Below are positions 10,318-21,585 of a stretch of 64,000 nt of DNA, piece by piece. Where the stretch lies: the NCBI GenBank assembly GCA_000002435.2, contig CM018792.1; one strand, written 5' to 3'. Source of the DNA: Giardia intestinalis. Lineage: Eukaryota. The notes under the pieces are model-generated. The model saw only the letters and a list, made by a program, of their open reading frames with translations, did not search any database and was not told where the DNA came from. The position numbers and the translations under genes were made by a program. How positions within the stretch are numbered: position 1 is the stretch's first letter; every line of letters starts with the position of its first letter.

Positions 10318-13300
10318 ATGAAACTTCCATATCAGCTCATTTCATGGTGTTTACGACAAGGAATTGCTACTCAATTACGATCTCCCCGACAGGATCTACA
10401 CAATGGATATCTTATTGCTGAACTTTTGAGCAAGTTGTACCCAGAGCATTTCAAGATAGTGCAATTTGATAATCAGAGTTCTGCGACCGTGACATCAAAG
10501 AATTGGAATAGAATCGCTGCAGTTGCTCCCAAGATAAAACTTTCCCTCACTGATACAGAACTTGAGGCATGCAAAGCTGGAGACGAACAGGCTCTTGTTT
10601 CTATATTGAAACGTGTTCACACCTTGCACACGGGGAAAGATCTGGCAGAGAGCAAGCAATCGACAAGACCAGTATCAACAAATGAGGATAGGTCGCTGAC
10701 TAAGGGTCCTGTCTCTAAGCTTGGGGTGGCATTGAACGCCAACCATCAAAATCAGACCATCACTCAGGACCCTCTTAAATTTCTTGTAACGCGGAACCTC
10801 GATAACATACATCATACATCTGCTCATGAACAAACGACCTTTGCCACGGCAACGAACCTTTCAACCATCTTGGTCCATGGTGACGCAGATGGACTGAATG
10901 CTGCCAGCTCCAGACCAAACAACTCTATGCTGTCTATGCGACCATCCACGGCTGCCGTTGATAACGATGATATGGCCTTTAGGATGAATCCTGGTGCTAC
11001 AGGTACATCCAATGAAAATAAGCTGCCGAAGAATGTCCCCAAGTTTGTGCGAGGCGTATATATCTCGACACGAAGACTCCTCATGGAGTTGTCGACAGCC
11101 TGCAAGAATGCAATTACATCTCTTCCAGAACTTCAGAACATGCTTGAGATGATTGATCCACGGGTGGACACCATCTATCCATTTATTAATATATGTCTGC
11201 GCGTTCCTTCAGAAAATGCAGTCGAGCTTTTCGACGCCTTGATCCTTGAGCTGAAGCCGTTTACAACTCTCTTGGTTGATCAAATTTCCGCCAATCCATT
11301 TCTCTTTTGGGAACTCCTGAAGTTGCTTGTCTTATCCTCCATCAACTTGCGGAGGGTAACTGGCCCAAAAGCGGAATTTCCACGGCAGGCGACTGAATAC
11401 CTGTTGCACCTGATTGCAGAGCTAGGCCGGTCTTCTCCGTCATCTCTTGCATTGATCTTCAGTCACATAATTAAAACTAGATTGATGCACGTGATCGATT
11501 TGCGTGAGTTCGGACTTCACAACTTTGTGGATCTTTATATGGCATTTTTGCCGATCATGGAGCATGAATCGGCGTTAGACATAATAACAAATATTATACA
11601 GCTTGCTGACAATAATTTTAGAGAAAAGTCTGATGGCCAATATATGATCAATCCCAGCAAGTTGCGGCTTGCTGTTTTAACCTCTATAGTTTCTGTCATC
11701 TCCGGCTACTTCATCAAGTTCTCCCATGATCCACGCTTTATGCTATATGGAATGTTTGTGTTACCATTGAAGCAACATATTGGAGAAAGTAAAGATGACC
11801 GCAGCAAGTCCAGCAGCCCCGTTAGGTTTTCTGAGCGTGATAACATGCATGCAAGCACAGGAACTGCCCAGTCCTGCAGCGAGTATAGTGTTTCCACTGG
11901 ATATGGGGTCATGGTTCAAGGAGATAACGAAGAAGAGATGCTCTCTGGCAGAGAGCTTTTGGAGCAAATGTTATTAGATATTCTCTATGTGATTATCCGC
12001 GTTCTAGTGGGGTCTGAGAATTTATTGATAGATGAAAGAGTCATCGTTCTGGACCTTCTGTTCAGGTGCTGTGCAGCAAATCCCCAGGAGCTAATGCCCC
12101 ATGCAGAACCCACTATTCTTGTTATCTTTGAGTCCATTGTTAATCGCACAAAGCCATGTATTACGCTAGTCTCTGATAGTGACGATGTAGAAGGGAACAC
12201 ACGGTCTTCGCACCAGCCTTATAGAGTAGCCAACGTTGCTCCAAACTATGGAAGCACTAAACTGACATCTCTCTGCGCTGGGACTGACCTACAGACAATC
12301 CCAGAAGAGGGTAGTAAGAAAACCAGCCTATCTGGTGGTAATCCTGCTACCAAGACCCCAAGAAGAGCGTCAATTGCTTCGTTATCTGTTCCAGAGACTC
12401 ACGCTATAGTAGATGGTCTTCACTCCTCCACGCACACAGCCTCGCTCGGGCCGTCAGTTAGCGTAGGCGCCAGTCAAATAAGTATAGTACCAAGTGACCG
12501 CCACAGTCCAATTGCTGTGATGAACACGGTGGCATCGGAACGGAGTGCAACGGAAACATCGCCCGAGCATAGTGTGGAGGGCATGGTAAAGGTTGAGACG
12601 CATGGCATAAATTGTCAATATGATAATATACCCTACCTACATTATGAAATGCTCCTTTCTCTAGTGCTCATCCTCCGAAGATATGCATCTCTGTGTATCA
12701 AGGATCATTATGACACGCCCTTAGTCCTCGTCTCCTATGACTTGGAAAGAGCCATAATGGACTTTCATGAGCGTCTCTCTCCTGTTTCTCTCCTCATTGG
12801 GATCCTGAGCTCAACCGGTAGAAACATGGACATGATGAAGCACATTACTCCCTTCACAATACAGACCATTCTCGACGATCCGGAAAAGGCTGAGGCGTAC
12901 AATGAGACATTGCACGTCCTTAGGTGTATTATGAACGTTCTCATACAGTCTCCTGATATGACGGAGATTGTCTTTGCCGCCCTCGACGGCAAGGGAGACT
13001 TTGAGCAATCTATAGTTAGCTATCCACCCCATTGCTATCTAAAGATCGTACAGGCTCTATATCCCGGTAGTGAGCTTATGGAGATAGTACCTGCGTTGCT
13101 ATGTGTCGCCGTAACGTATTCAAAGGAATTCCTTGCCAACAAGAGTATCGATCCAAACAATTACTTCATAGCCATCGCACGTCTCATAGAATTCATCCCG
13201 GACATAAGCTGCTTCGTCTATGACCACCTCAGTGACGAGCTCTTCACCCAGATTACAGACCCTCGAGTAAGTGAGACAGCAAGCTCTCTGTTGACAGACC

Positions 13301-13608
13301 TCTTGATCGAGCTCGATAGCATGGTCGACGAGCAAGAACTACAAGCCAGTATACACGCGTTAATACAGTACGCTTTCAATAGCAACGAGGTCCTATTGCC
13401 TACCGCGCGAAAAGCGTTTTCTGGGAAGTTCATGGAAGAATGTCAGCAATCTGTAATAGCCTTTCTCAATTCACTGACAATGGTCCCGACGGCACTATCC
13501 CTGATGAAGGACATTCTCATCAAGACAGATTCCGAAGACTATGGAAACGTACACTTGGCCAAGTTCATTCGTTCAATCTTAGAAGAAAGCTCTGTTGGAG
13601 AAGACTGA
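10318..13608 (+). CDS. Large protein with an N-terminal DUF1042/calponin-homology domain (SPEF1/CLAMP-like), probably cytoskeletal or flagellar
   Basis: The N-terminal ~100 aa (LISWCLRQGIA...NGYLIAELLSKLYPEHFKIVQFDNQSSATVTSKNWNRIAAV) resemble the CH-like domain of sperm flagellar protein 1. The remaining ~1000 aa have no recognisable domain. Confidence 0.5.
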   Translation: MKLPYQLISWCLRQGIATQLRSPRQDLHNGYLIAELLSKLYPEHFKIVQFDNQSSATVTSKNWNRIAAVAPKIKLSLTDTELEACKAGDEQALVSILKRVHTLHTGKDLAESKQSTRPVSTNEDRSLTKGPVSKLGVALNANHQNQTITQDPLKFLVTRNLDNIHHTSAHEQTTFATATNLSTILVHGDADGLNAASSRPNNSMLSMRPSTAAVDNDDMAFRMNPGATGTSNENKLPKNVPKFVRGVYISTRRLLMELSTACKNAITSLPELQNMLEMIDPRVDTIYPFINICLRVPSENAVELFDALILELKPFTTLLVDQISANPFLFWELLKLLVLSSINLRRVTGPKAEFPRQATEYLLHLIAELGRSSPSSLALIFSHIIKTRLMHVIDLREFGLHNFVDLYMAFLPIMEHESALDIITNIIQLADNNFREKSDGQYMINPSKLRLAVLTSIVSVISGYFIKFSHDPRFMLYGMFVLPLKQHIGESKDDRSKSSSPVRFSERDNMHASTGTAQSCSEYSVSTGYGVMVQGDNEEEMLSGRELLEQMLLDILYVIIRVLVGSENLLIDERVIVLDLLFRCCAANPQELMPHAEPTILVIFESIVNRTKPCITLVSDSDDVEGNTRSSHQPYRVANVAPNYGSTKLTSLCAGTDLQTIPEEGSKKTSLSGGNPATKTPRRASIASLSVPETHAIVDGLHSSTHTASLGPSVSVGASQISIVPSDRHSPIAVMNTVASERSATETSPEHSVEGMVKVETHGINCQYDNIPYLHYEMLLSLVLILRRYASLCIKDHYDTPLVLVSYDLERAIMDFHERLSPVSLLIGILSSTGRNMDMMKHITPFTIQTILDDPEKAEAYNETLHVLRCIMNVLIQSPDMTEIVFAALDGKGDFEQSIVSYPPHCYLKIVQALYPGSELMEIVPALLCVAVTYSKEFLANKSIDPNNYFIAIARLIEFIPDISCFVYDHLSDELFTQITDPRVSETASSLLTDLLIELDSMVDEQELQASIHALIQYAFNSNEVLLPTARKAFSGKFMEECQQSVIAFLNSLTMVPTALSLMKDILIKTDSEDYGNVHLAKFIRSILEESSVGED

Positions 13609-13793
13609 GTTGTGCTGGCGCAATACACCAAGGAATTAGGTCGCTCTGCATTGTGTGCTACCTCCAGTGATGTGGCTTCTAATAAACTCTATAAGCCTAC
13701 TGCAGCATGGCATATAGCAGACAGTCTAATTGTTTACATACAGATAGGCTCAAGAGAAGTAAAGACATCAATGTGTGAGGAAGTCTCTCACCT

Positions 13794-13982
13794 CTATTGA
13801 CCTCCCTGCTCCCTTTTGCGAGCATCTGCTGCAGCTTGCTTTTGCCGCATGATCTCTGCATTGCGCTCCTTTGTCTCAGCTAGGTCAACGCCGGTGTGAG
13901 CACGGCTACGGCCGCCCTCATTTCGCTCCTTCCTTTTTCTTGCTCGTTCACGATCAACATCGCGCTGGTTACCCCGTGTCAT
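13794..13982 (-). CDS. Small EDRK-rich factor (SERF/4F5 family) micro-protein, ~62 aa
   Basis: A minus-strand ORF encodes MTRGNQRDVDRERARKRK......KERNAEIMRQKQAA. This matches the 4F5/SERF signature MTRGNQRE.AR...KK...(D/E)IMQQKQ. The family-typical start MTRGNQ is the second in-frame ATG (13982); the track's first ATG is 13991. Confidence 0.55.
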   Translation of the reverse strand: MTRGNQRDVDRERARKRKERNEGGRSRAHTGVDLAETKERNAEIMRQKQAAADARKREQGGQ

Positions 13983-14052
13983 CCAGGCCACAGTGGTTGC
14001 TTTTCAAAAAAACCGGCCAGGAAACTTTTGGCTAAATCTGCACTTTAGGCTT

Positions 14053-17000
14053 ATGGCATCCAAGAAGGTGGTTCCTCAGACGTCTGACCTACTCAGAGAG
14101 ATTAGTACTCTGGACCTTCAGAAGCAGCAGGCTTCTACAGAGCTAATGTCTTACACAACGTTGCTCGCTTCTCCCGCTGAGGCCCCTGTGGTTGTCGTAG
14201 ACATGGCGAACTTTATCAACTTCTCTAACTTAGGTGACAAGCTCACGGTTAAGCATCCATATTCCAACATCCCTGGAGACGTTAGGATGCAGCAAAAGTC
14301 TGGAACAAAAGGCCCCAGCTCATCGGGCCCATCTTCATCCCCTACAAATACTACCCAATTGATATTCCCGCCATTCGTTCAGTTTCAAAGTAACCTACGT
14401 ACTCTTTCGCTTATTTCTGGAGACGTCCCACCTCCCAGTTCCGCCCCTTCCATGGTTTCAGAAGCTGCTTTCATTTCTAGCTATGTGGTAGATACCTTTA
14501 CTAAACTATATAGCGAGCTTCTTGTCTATGATCCACAGGAGTCTCAGCTTCCTATCCCAGCGCAACTTCCCTACTCCTTGGCCTCATTCAGGGTGTACAC
14601 ACTGGTACCCTTTTTCCTCTCTCGCTTCAAACACTATTCTGTCTCAGTATATTTTCAAGGTAAAGACCCTTCGCGAGACTTGCTGGTTGCGTCTCCTCTG
14701 GAGACTCTGGTACCAGGCGTCAAAGAAAAGAGCTCTACCCTATTCACAGCGTTGAATATTGACAAGAATCCTCTATACATTCCAGTGACTAATTACACTA
14801 GGATAGAGCAAGGGTCGGAATCTGGAACTACGGGTACTGCTGATTCTACACCTACCAATGACGCAGAATCTTATTACTACCATCCCCATCTTGTGGATGT
14901 AGAGGCTGCTGGTGTAAAATATAGATCTACTGCCAATTGGGCTAGTGTACTTGCCATGGGGATGGACTGTATGGCTGTTAACCCGTACAGTTTCCTCCTT
15001 ACTCCGTTCTCATCGTTCGTGCAGATCTCAATTCCGTTCGATAAATCTTTTACTCCTGACGCCTTGCAGCTCTTCTTGCAATGTACAGATAAAGAGGTGT
15101 CTCCGAATATGGTGACGCTTATTGAGTTTCCTACGTTGTTTGGTGTTATACGCGATAGGATCCGGAAGCACTTCTTACTATCTGAGAACCAGGGCGCTGG
15201 TGTTCGAAGTCCTCTTCTTCATAGCCTTATAGACGACCTTAACAAGATAGACTCACCTAGCCCGAGCCAGGATTCACACAGAGGTTCATACAGAGAGTCC
15301 ATGCACAAAGACGATAGCTCTGTAGACGAGAATACAAAGCGTTACAGTATGAATTTAGGAGGCGACTCGTTCCAAGCTACCTCTAGTGTCAAAGCAACCT
15401 CTCTAACAGTGAAGGATACCTTTGCTTCTCTTTATGAGCCAAAACCTGGGGTTGAATCAACGTTTCTACTGGATCTCTTTGAGTCTGTCATTCAGGACGA
15501 AGCACGTCTACAAACGCCTCTTTCTCTCGGTGTCATAGATGTCCTTTCGATGGAAAAAGCTGAGTATAAGCCCAAGGAACTCTTTAGCAAACCGCCCTCA
15601 CGCTTCCTAGCAGATGAAAACATCCCTGCGCGTTCTGCCGATTCGCGACCGACAATTCTTTCTCGCAATGCATGCGCATCAGGAGCAGCCCCACGTTCTC
15701 TGCGCTCTCTCCTCAATTCCTCTGATTCATCCATGAACAGTTCTATGATGTCAGCAGACTCATCACCCTTTGATGCTTTAGAAGAATATAATCCAGACCT
15801 TATATTTGTCAAGCTTTGGGTGTCGGATCCCGTGCTGGCTGTGATCCTAAGTGACCAGTTTACAGACCATGAAGAGGACTTTCTACAAACATATGCAACT
15901 GAGCGCCAGCTAAAGCTCTATAGAATGCTTGAAAAGAAGCATCCGAGAAAGTACAATAACGGACGCTATAATGTGGGGTCCACAGAAGGAGCATCGGCTT
16001 CCGGTCCAATTATTATTGGAATGACAGCAACCGATATGTCTACAACTCAGGGTGGAATGGGCCGCGGCAGCTATCTTGGTGAAGCTGGTCATAATTGCTC
16101 ACTTCGTAATTCTGGAATCGGTGGAAACAGTGGAATCCCTGTCTCTCTGCAAAACAATAGTGTCATGCTTCCCCATCCTACACACGGGCCAACAGCATCT
16201 ATCTACACAGGGAAGACATCTCGGACGAGGATGACTGCCAAGGAAGCTGCCGAGCGCCGGCGCCTCCTTAAGTTAGAGCGTATGCGTTCCAAGATCTATG
16301 AGTGTAACCAGAACTATCTCCCTGGTAGAAAGCTTACCATGTATAAAGACTATGACCCAGCAAACTTTCCCCTTGGCAAACCAGAAGCCCCTTGGAACAG
16401 TGTAAACAAGGGCGAAACGGCCATAGACATACTTAAAGTCGACATGGCCACACTTAGAACAATGGATCGCAATGAGCTAACAGTCGCCTTGGATACCCAG
16501 GAAAAGATGATGAAAACGATTTCCTTGCTTCCGAGATTGAGGGAAGCTAGCGAAGCTAAGGCTAAGAGACTTCCAGACAAAAATAGTTCTGTTGGTAGTA
16601 GCATTATTGATAGAGAAGCATCTGCTCGTAGTGACAAACGGTGTACTCATCAAGAGTCAACGAAGGGACAACAACCCAACGATTGCCTGGCGCCTACTCC
16701 GAGACTTGGTGACAATCTTGCCAATTCTTCACAGGCTAATCCTTTGACAAGCCTCTTGGATGCTCCTGAGGTGCAAATAGGATCACGTATCGATGAAGAG
16801 GAAAAGCCGAAGAAGAGCAAGAAGAGTAAGTACATCCGCGGATATCGCGTGATAGATGAGACAGAAGCGTATGCTAACAAGAATCATGTCTATGAACAGG
16901 TTCATTGTGACGTGGGCTCAGAAGATTCTCTTTTCAACGACGATCAGCAGAGATCAACGGATATGAGCTACTGCGTTGTTCGACTTACAACCTTGCTGGA

Positions 17001-20000
17001 CCTGGCTAGTGGTGCATTAGTGCTAAACTTACAACAACTACCACGGTCTGTATGTGCATATGAGCCCTATATACCAGAATATCCTTCCCTGTATGGTGAT
17101 GCGAAAATAGTGGGGAAGCGTTCTCCATCGACCAATAAATTAGGCCAAGCAGCTACAAAACAAATAGACTTGCCCGAATCGAAGACAACTATGTCCGTGA
17201 AAGAGTCCGCCCATGCTAGCCAGCACCAGATTTTGTTTGAAGCAGCCACTACTGGACGTCCAGTATGGAGACCAAAGATTATATCTTATGATTCGTCACA
17301 GTCTAATGCAGATGTTAAGCAACAAGTAAAGCCTTCTGCAAACGCTGGATCTTTGGCTGGAGGTGCCAAGCGGCCACTAGAGCCAGCAAAACAGGCTGCA
17401 TTGAGTCAGCAAGAGTGTCCCTTACAGCAGGAAGATATAGAGTCTCAAGCCGATGGAGTAGGGTCAACACTTCTCCCACAGAGCAACATCTTAAATACAG
17501 CGGCTGTGTCTGTTATTGGCGAAAAGGATAAGACTTTTCTACCGACTATAAAGAAGATTCAAACAGCTTCAATGTTGCCAACACTCCAATTGTATCACTT
17601 TACCGCAACACTATTGAGAAAGAACACTAAGGACGTTAGCCTAAAGCAGGATACTCCGTCAGATGTGCACGGTGTGTCCCACGATATTAGTCCGCTTCAC
17701 ACATCTAATGTTGCGCTCCCCTCTCTTTGTATCAACGGTGTTAGTCAAGATGGTTGTTCTGAAAGATCTCAGCAGGATCCAGAGAACCTACTTTTAGAAC
17801 TATGCGATCCCAGCCCTGAGAGGCTTCTCAAGCCACGTAAGATCAAGTCCACCGGAAACATCCATTGGGATCTGGACAACTGGCTGAGCTCAGAAAGTCT
17901 TATTCTGACGTTTAATGCTGATTATCTTCCTGTTGTAGCCCAAACTTCTGAACTAACCTCTCAACGTGATAGTTCAGCTATATGCTTCATGGAAGTGGTC
18001 TTTTATTTTATGCAGAACGAGCGAGTTTTTGCCACACAGCGTAGGGGATTATCGGTCCTTACCGTTGATGTTATCAAGGAGTATTGCATGAATACGCGAC
18101 TGCCAGCAAACATCTCTGAACTTGATAGATATGACCTTACCCTGCTCTTTTCCATCAGCTTCCATTCTGTCCCGGTTCCACACCCGATGACCCTTTTAGC
18201 TCGCTTGGAAGAAGCATCAAAAACTCTGGAGGCAGTGGCGCCTTCGGCAACCAAACCATCAAGCCGCTCCGTTTCAGCAAGCTCCCAAGGAAAAGGATCT
18301 GCCACTGGGGTACAGGAACAAAATAGCTCTGATTACTGGATGATTGATGCCGTACAAGAGAGCAGGTTCTTATTAGAGAAGCAGCTGGATGTAGATTTGA
18401 TTGAGGCCAAATTTAGTTTGGACCTGCTTCCCTTTGTACAGAGCTCACACGGCGCAAATGTGTCTATTTCTGCTCTTCAGAGATACACAGGAGAAGTGGG
18501 AATCGCTAATTTAAAGCTCAAGTCATATGATCTTACAGACCAGAACCAAGGTAGTGATCCTTCAGAAAAGGTACGGCAGGACCAAGAGAACCACTCTCCT
18601 TGTTTGCAAGTTCAATCTATTGTTACTCAAGGTGTGCTTACGGGAATGATGGGGGTCGTTGCTCTTTTCGAAATAGACACATCTGGACCTCATTCTGCGC
18701 GTCCTGTACAGACACCCATTGCTGTTGCACCTACCAATGTATCAGCACCGATGTCTACTCAAGATCAGGTTGATCCATCAACTGGAAATGAAAAACCTAA
18801 CACAGGGGCCGATCCTGCCATCTCTTTCAATATCTCTAGCAGAGCAGATCACACGATTCTCTCGAAGGTCTCAGATACTACTTTTGTGCGCTTGATTCCT
18901 TGCTTCAGAGACGGAGTTCCTGCGGGGGCAACCATATACATTTACGCTTTGGATGATAATAGTGCCATTTTATATAAGAGAGTGCCGATTTGTATCAACG
19001 GGTCGCTTGTGCAATCCGTGGCAGATCTTATTATCCCGACTGAACACAAAACATTCATCATACTAGAAGGGTACAGTATTTTCCAAGCTGCCACAGATTT
19101 AAAAAGCAAGACACCAAGCCCATCTGGCCTTTTACCATTCAAGTTCTCTATGATAACCATTTCAGATAGTTATGTAGATATTCAGCCACTACGCATCAAC
19201 AGTAACCTCTTTCAGCTTCGAAGCCCGTTAAAGCTCAATGGTGATGACAAGTCAACTGTTGAACTGAAGTTCTCGATACCTGGAGGGTATTGCTTTGCGG
19301 AACTGGGGCTGGTAGCAATCCCATGTAAGCCTTCTAAGGTTGACGAGCAGCCCAACGCTGATGTCCCACCAGATGTAGACAATAATGTGGCCCCGTACAA
19401 CCCAATGACAGATGCACCTACCACTGGAGAAGTGTATCAATCTACAGAGGAAGATATTCTTCCTATAAATATATTCCACAAGCCTCTTCTTCCTGTATTT
19501 GAAACTACTCAAAATGCTCCGAGGTCCAAAGGATCTCCTCAGAAGAAGGTGGCTGAAGAGGATGTTAATGTGAAAGTCACTACTGATATTAGGGATGTAC
19601 TAAAGGATGACGCTACGCGAATGGCCGAATGCACGACAAAACTGATTCCATTTTTATGCTCTGGATGTCCTCTTAACAGTCGGAGAGTCTGTCTCATTAA
19701 CATCCCACCCAGCGGAGTTGTAGCGTTAAATGTCTTTGTTCCTGAGGAAGTTGGCATGAAGTATGAGGAGGTTAGCATGCACGTCCAAGCATTCACCTTT
19801 TTGGGAGCTAATGACGCCCCTCCGGCTCAAACAGACGCAAAGGGGAAGCTTGTAGATCCAGTGCCAAATGCAATCTCCGCATGTCAAGCTAATCTTAACG
19901 AGTGGATTTTGCAGCGTCTATGCACCAGTATCTGGAGCAGAACTCGCGTGCTCCAAGGCGAGGAGCTCTTAACACGTGCTAGCTACCTACAGAGCGCTGC

Positions 20001-20484
20001 ATCTGTCCTTCCTCAAATAACAACTCTCTCTACGTACTCATTTGTTCCCACCGACGAACTTGTTGCCTATCTTGAGCATAAGGAAGATACTGACCAGGCC
20101 AAAGCCAATACCGCTGACAAAGATAAGAAGGTAAAGGCACCCCCTCCAAAGAAGAAGGACGCCGAGCCTGTCGTTAAGACCGCGGAGCCCCTAGAGCTCA
20201 CACTGGAGGGAATGCAAGGCCAAGAAAGAGATGACCTATCCACTGTAATTGCAACAGAGATACAAGCCCTTCAAACATTTACGGTTTCAGTAGGAGCGCC
20301 AGCGTCCGAGCGCAAGCAGCCTGTGGTCAAGAAGACCGATTCAAAGAAAGATAAAAATGTGCCGGAGCCTGCCTCAACGATTATTGCCGCCTTTAAAGAC
20401 AAGCTAGTAGCCCCCCGTACACAGGCAGCCATAGAATACTTCGATATTGAAATGGTAAGCAAAAAACATAAAAATCAAGGCTGA
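14053..20484 (+). CDS. Very large hypothetical protein (~2140 aa from MASKKVV, or 2163 aa from the ATG at 13993) with a Ser/Thr-rich middle and a Lys-rich C-terminus
   Basis: A single uninterrupted ORF of 6.4 kb; no convincing domain recognised by eye. Start chosen at 14053 so it does not abut the divergent SERF gene, but 13993 is possible. Confidence 0.6.
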   Translation: MASKKVVPQTSDLLREISTLDLQKQQASTELMSYTTLLASPAEAPVVVVDMANFINFSNLGDKLTVKHPYSNIPGDVRMQQKSGTKGPSSSGPSSSPTNTTQLIFPPFVQFQSNLRTLSLISGDVPPPSSAPSMVSEAAFISSYVVDTFTKLYSELLVYDPQESQLPIPAQLPYSLASFRVYTLVPFFLSRFKHYSVSVYFQGKDPSRDLLVASPLETLVPGVKEKSSTLFTALNIDKNPLYIPVTNYTRIEQGSESGTTGTADSTPTNDAESYYYHPHLVDVEAAGVKYRSTANWASVLAMGMDCMAVNPYSFLLTPFSSFVQISIPFDKSFTPDALQLFLQCTDKEVSPNMVTLIEFPTLFGVIRDRIRKHFLLSENQGAGVRSPLLHSLIDDLNKIDSPSPSQDSHRGSYRESMHKDDSSVDENTKRYSMNLGGDSFQATSSVKATSLTVKDTFASLYEPKPGVESTFLLDLFESVIQDEARLQTPLSLGVIDVLSMEKAEYKPKELFSKPPSRFLADENIPARSADSRPTILSRNACASGAAPRSLRSLLNSSDSSMNSSMMSADSSPFDALEEYNPDLIFVKLWVSDPVLAVILSDQFTDHEEDFLQTYATERQLKLYRMLEKKHPRKYNNGRYNVGSTEGASASGPIIIGMTATDMSTTQGGMGRGSYLGEAGHNCSLRNSGIGGNSGIPVSLQNNSVMLPHPTHGPTASIYTGKTSRTRMTAKEAAERRRLLKLERMRSKIYECNQNYLPGRKLTMYKDYDPANFPLGKPEAPWNSVNKGETAIDILKVDMATLRTMDRNELTVALDTQEKMMKTISLLPRLREASEAKAKRLPDKNSSVGSSIIDREASARSDKRCTHQESTKGQQPNDCLAPTPRLGDNLANSSQANPLTSLLDAPEVQIGSRIDEEEKPKKSKKSKYIRGYRVIDETEAYANKNHVYEQVHCDVGSEDSLFNDDQQRSTDMSYCVVRLTTLLDLASGALVLNLQQLPRSVCAYEPYIPEYPSLYGDAKIVGKRSPSTNKLGQAATKQIDLPESKTTMSVKESAHASQHQILFEAATTGRPVWRPKIISYDSSQSNADVKQQVKPSANAGSLAGGAKRPLEPAKQAALSQQECPLQQEDIESQADGVGSTLLPQSNILNTAAVSVIGEKDKTFLPTIKKIQTASMLPTLQLYHFTATLLRKNTKDVSLKQDTPSDVHGVSHDISPLHTSNVALPSLCINGVSQDGCSERSQQDPENLLLELCDPSPERLLKPRKIKSTGNIHWDLDNWLSSESLILTFNADYLPVVAQTSELTSQRDSSAICFMEVVFYFMQNERVFATQRRGLSVLTVDVIKEYCMNTRLPANISELDRYDLTLLFSISFHSVPVPHPMTLLARLEEASKTLEAVAPSATKPSSRSVSASSQGKGSATGVQEQNSSDYWMIDAVQESRFLLEKQLDVDLIEAKFSLDLLPFVQSSHGANVSISALQRYTGEVGIANLKLKSYDLTDQNQGSDPSEKVRQDQENHSPCLQVQSIVTQGVLTGMMGVVALFEIDTSGPHSARPVQTPIAVAPTNVSAPMSTQDQVDPSTGNEKPNTGADPAISFNISSRADHTILSKVSDTTFVRLIPCFRDGVPAGATIYIYALDDNSAILYKRVPICINGSLVQSVADLIIPTEHKTFIILEGYSIFQAATDLKSKTPSPSGLLPFKFSMITISDSYVDIQPLRINSNLFQLRSPLKLNGDDKSTVELKFSIPGGYCFAELGLVAIPCKPSKVDEQPNADVPPDVDNNVAPYNPMTDAPTTGEVYQSTEEDILPINIFHKPLLPVFETTQNAPRSKGSPQKKVAEEDVNVKVTTDIRDVLKDDATRMAECTTKLIPFLCSGCPLNSRRVCLINIPPSGVVALNVFVPEEVGMKYEEVSMHVQAFTFLGANDAPPAQTDAKGKLVDPVPNAISACQANLNEWILQRLCTSIWSRTRVLQGEELLTRASYLQSAASVLPQITTLSTYSFVPTDELVAYLEHKEDTDQAKANTADKDKKVKAPPPKKKDAEPVVKTAEPLELTLEGMQGQERDDLSTVIATEIQALQTFTVSVGAPASERKQPVVKKTDSKKDKNVPEPASTIIAAFKDKLVAPRTQAAIEYFDIEMVSKKHKNQG

Positions 20485-20536
20485 AAACTTTGAGTCTTCA
20501 AGAGTATCTTCGAGATAGAAGTGTGCAGTTAGTACC

Positions 20537-21559
20537 ATGCTAACCACGCCTTCAGAGCTTACTATGCAGTCTGCAATTGATGTTTTCAACGAGCAGACAC
20601 GTGACTTGCCGAGGGACCAGATCTATGATGCAAAGGACTGCGATTCCGTGAGCTCCCATATCACCAGAGAAGTCCCTCTGGGCTCCATAAGAACAAATGG
20701 CCCTGCTTCATCCGCCTCTCAAGACGAGATCAGTGCCAAAGACCTGTGCAGTGCCATTTGTGGGTGTCTGTGGGTCTACAAGGCGCGGAGACTTGCACGA
20801 GCTGCTACTATAGAGAAGTATACTGATAAGGCGTCTGTTGTGACCAGGCCCCGTCCGCCTGCGAGGCTCATCCGACACATGGTCGACGAGCACAGGAAGT
20901 ATGCAGAGGAGCCTATCACTGCAACGTCTCCCCTCTTTACTGTTGGTAATGGTGTCGGAACTTGCGACTTGCCTCCTCAATTCGCCTATTTCTTCCAGTT
21001 TTCACATCTAAGCGCCACCAGAAACCTTCTCTGCCTGGATTTGGACGAGACCCTCGTGTGCTCCAAGCAACGGACTCCGCAGACCCGTGAGACTGAAGAC
21101 TTTTACGTCGTAGTAGAGCAGCGAGGGAAGCGCTACGAATTCTCCGTTATTAAGCGACCTGGACTGGATGTCTTCCTGGTCAGTTTGGCTGAGCTCTACG
21201 ACTTAGCAATTTTTACGTATGCCATCAAAGAGTATGGAGACAAGATTGTGAACATCATTGATCCGAACAGGCTAATTAAGTACAGAATGTACAGGCAGCA
21301 TTGCGTCAAGTATCTTGTCGATAAGCGACACGTCATTGTCAAGGATCTGAGTAGAGTAGGCAAGCCCCACAGCAGTATTCTTCTCATAGATAACAGTGCT
21401 AGTACAGGAATATGGCAGCGCAACAACTTTCTCTTGGTGCCGTCGTTCTATGGCGACGAACGGGACAAGGTGCTCTATGAACTCAAGGAGCTATTGGAGG
21501 GGATCAGTAAGTGCAAAGACTTTTATACAGAGATCCAGAGCCTTCGATCTGTCATGTAA
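20537..21559 (+). CDS. FCP1-homology / NIF-type (CTD small phosphatase / Dullard-like) HAD phosphatase
   Basis: Catalytic DXDX(T/V) motif in LCLDLDETLVCS. The downstream block VIKRPGLDVFL...YDLAIFTYAIKEYGDKIVNIIDP......KDLSRVG...ILLIDNSA.......NNFLLVPSF follows the NIF-domain pattern. Confidence 0.75.
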   Translation: MLTTPSELTMQSAIDVFNEQTRDLPRDQIYDAKDCDSVSSHITREVPLGSIRTNGPASSASQDEISAKDLCSAICGCLWVYKARRLARAATIEKYTDKASVVTRPRPPARLIRHMVDEHRKYAEEPITATSPLFTVGNGVGTCDLPPQFAYFFQFSHLSATRNLLCLDLDETLVCSKQRTPQTRETEDFYVVVEQRGKRYEFSVIKRPGLDVFLVSLAELYDLAIFTYAIKEYGDKIVNIIDPNRLIKYRMYRQHCVKYLVDKRHVIVKDLSRVGKPHSSILLIDNSASTGIWQRNNFLLVPSFYGDERDKVLYELKELLEGISKCKDFYTEIQSLRSVM

Positions 21560-21585
21560 ACCCTTAGCGAGCCCCAAATTAAAAA

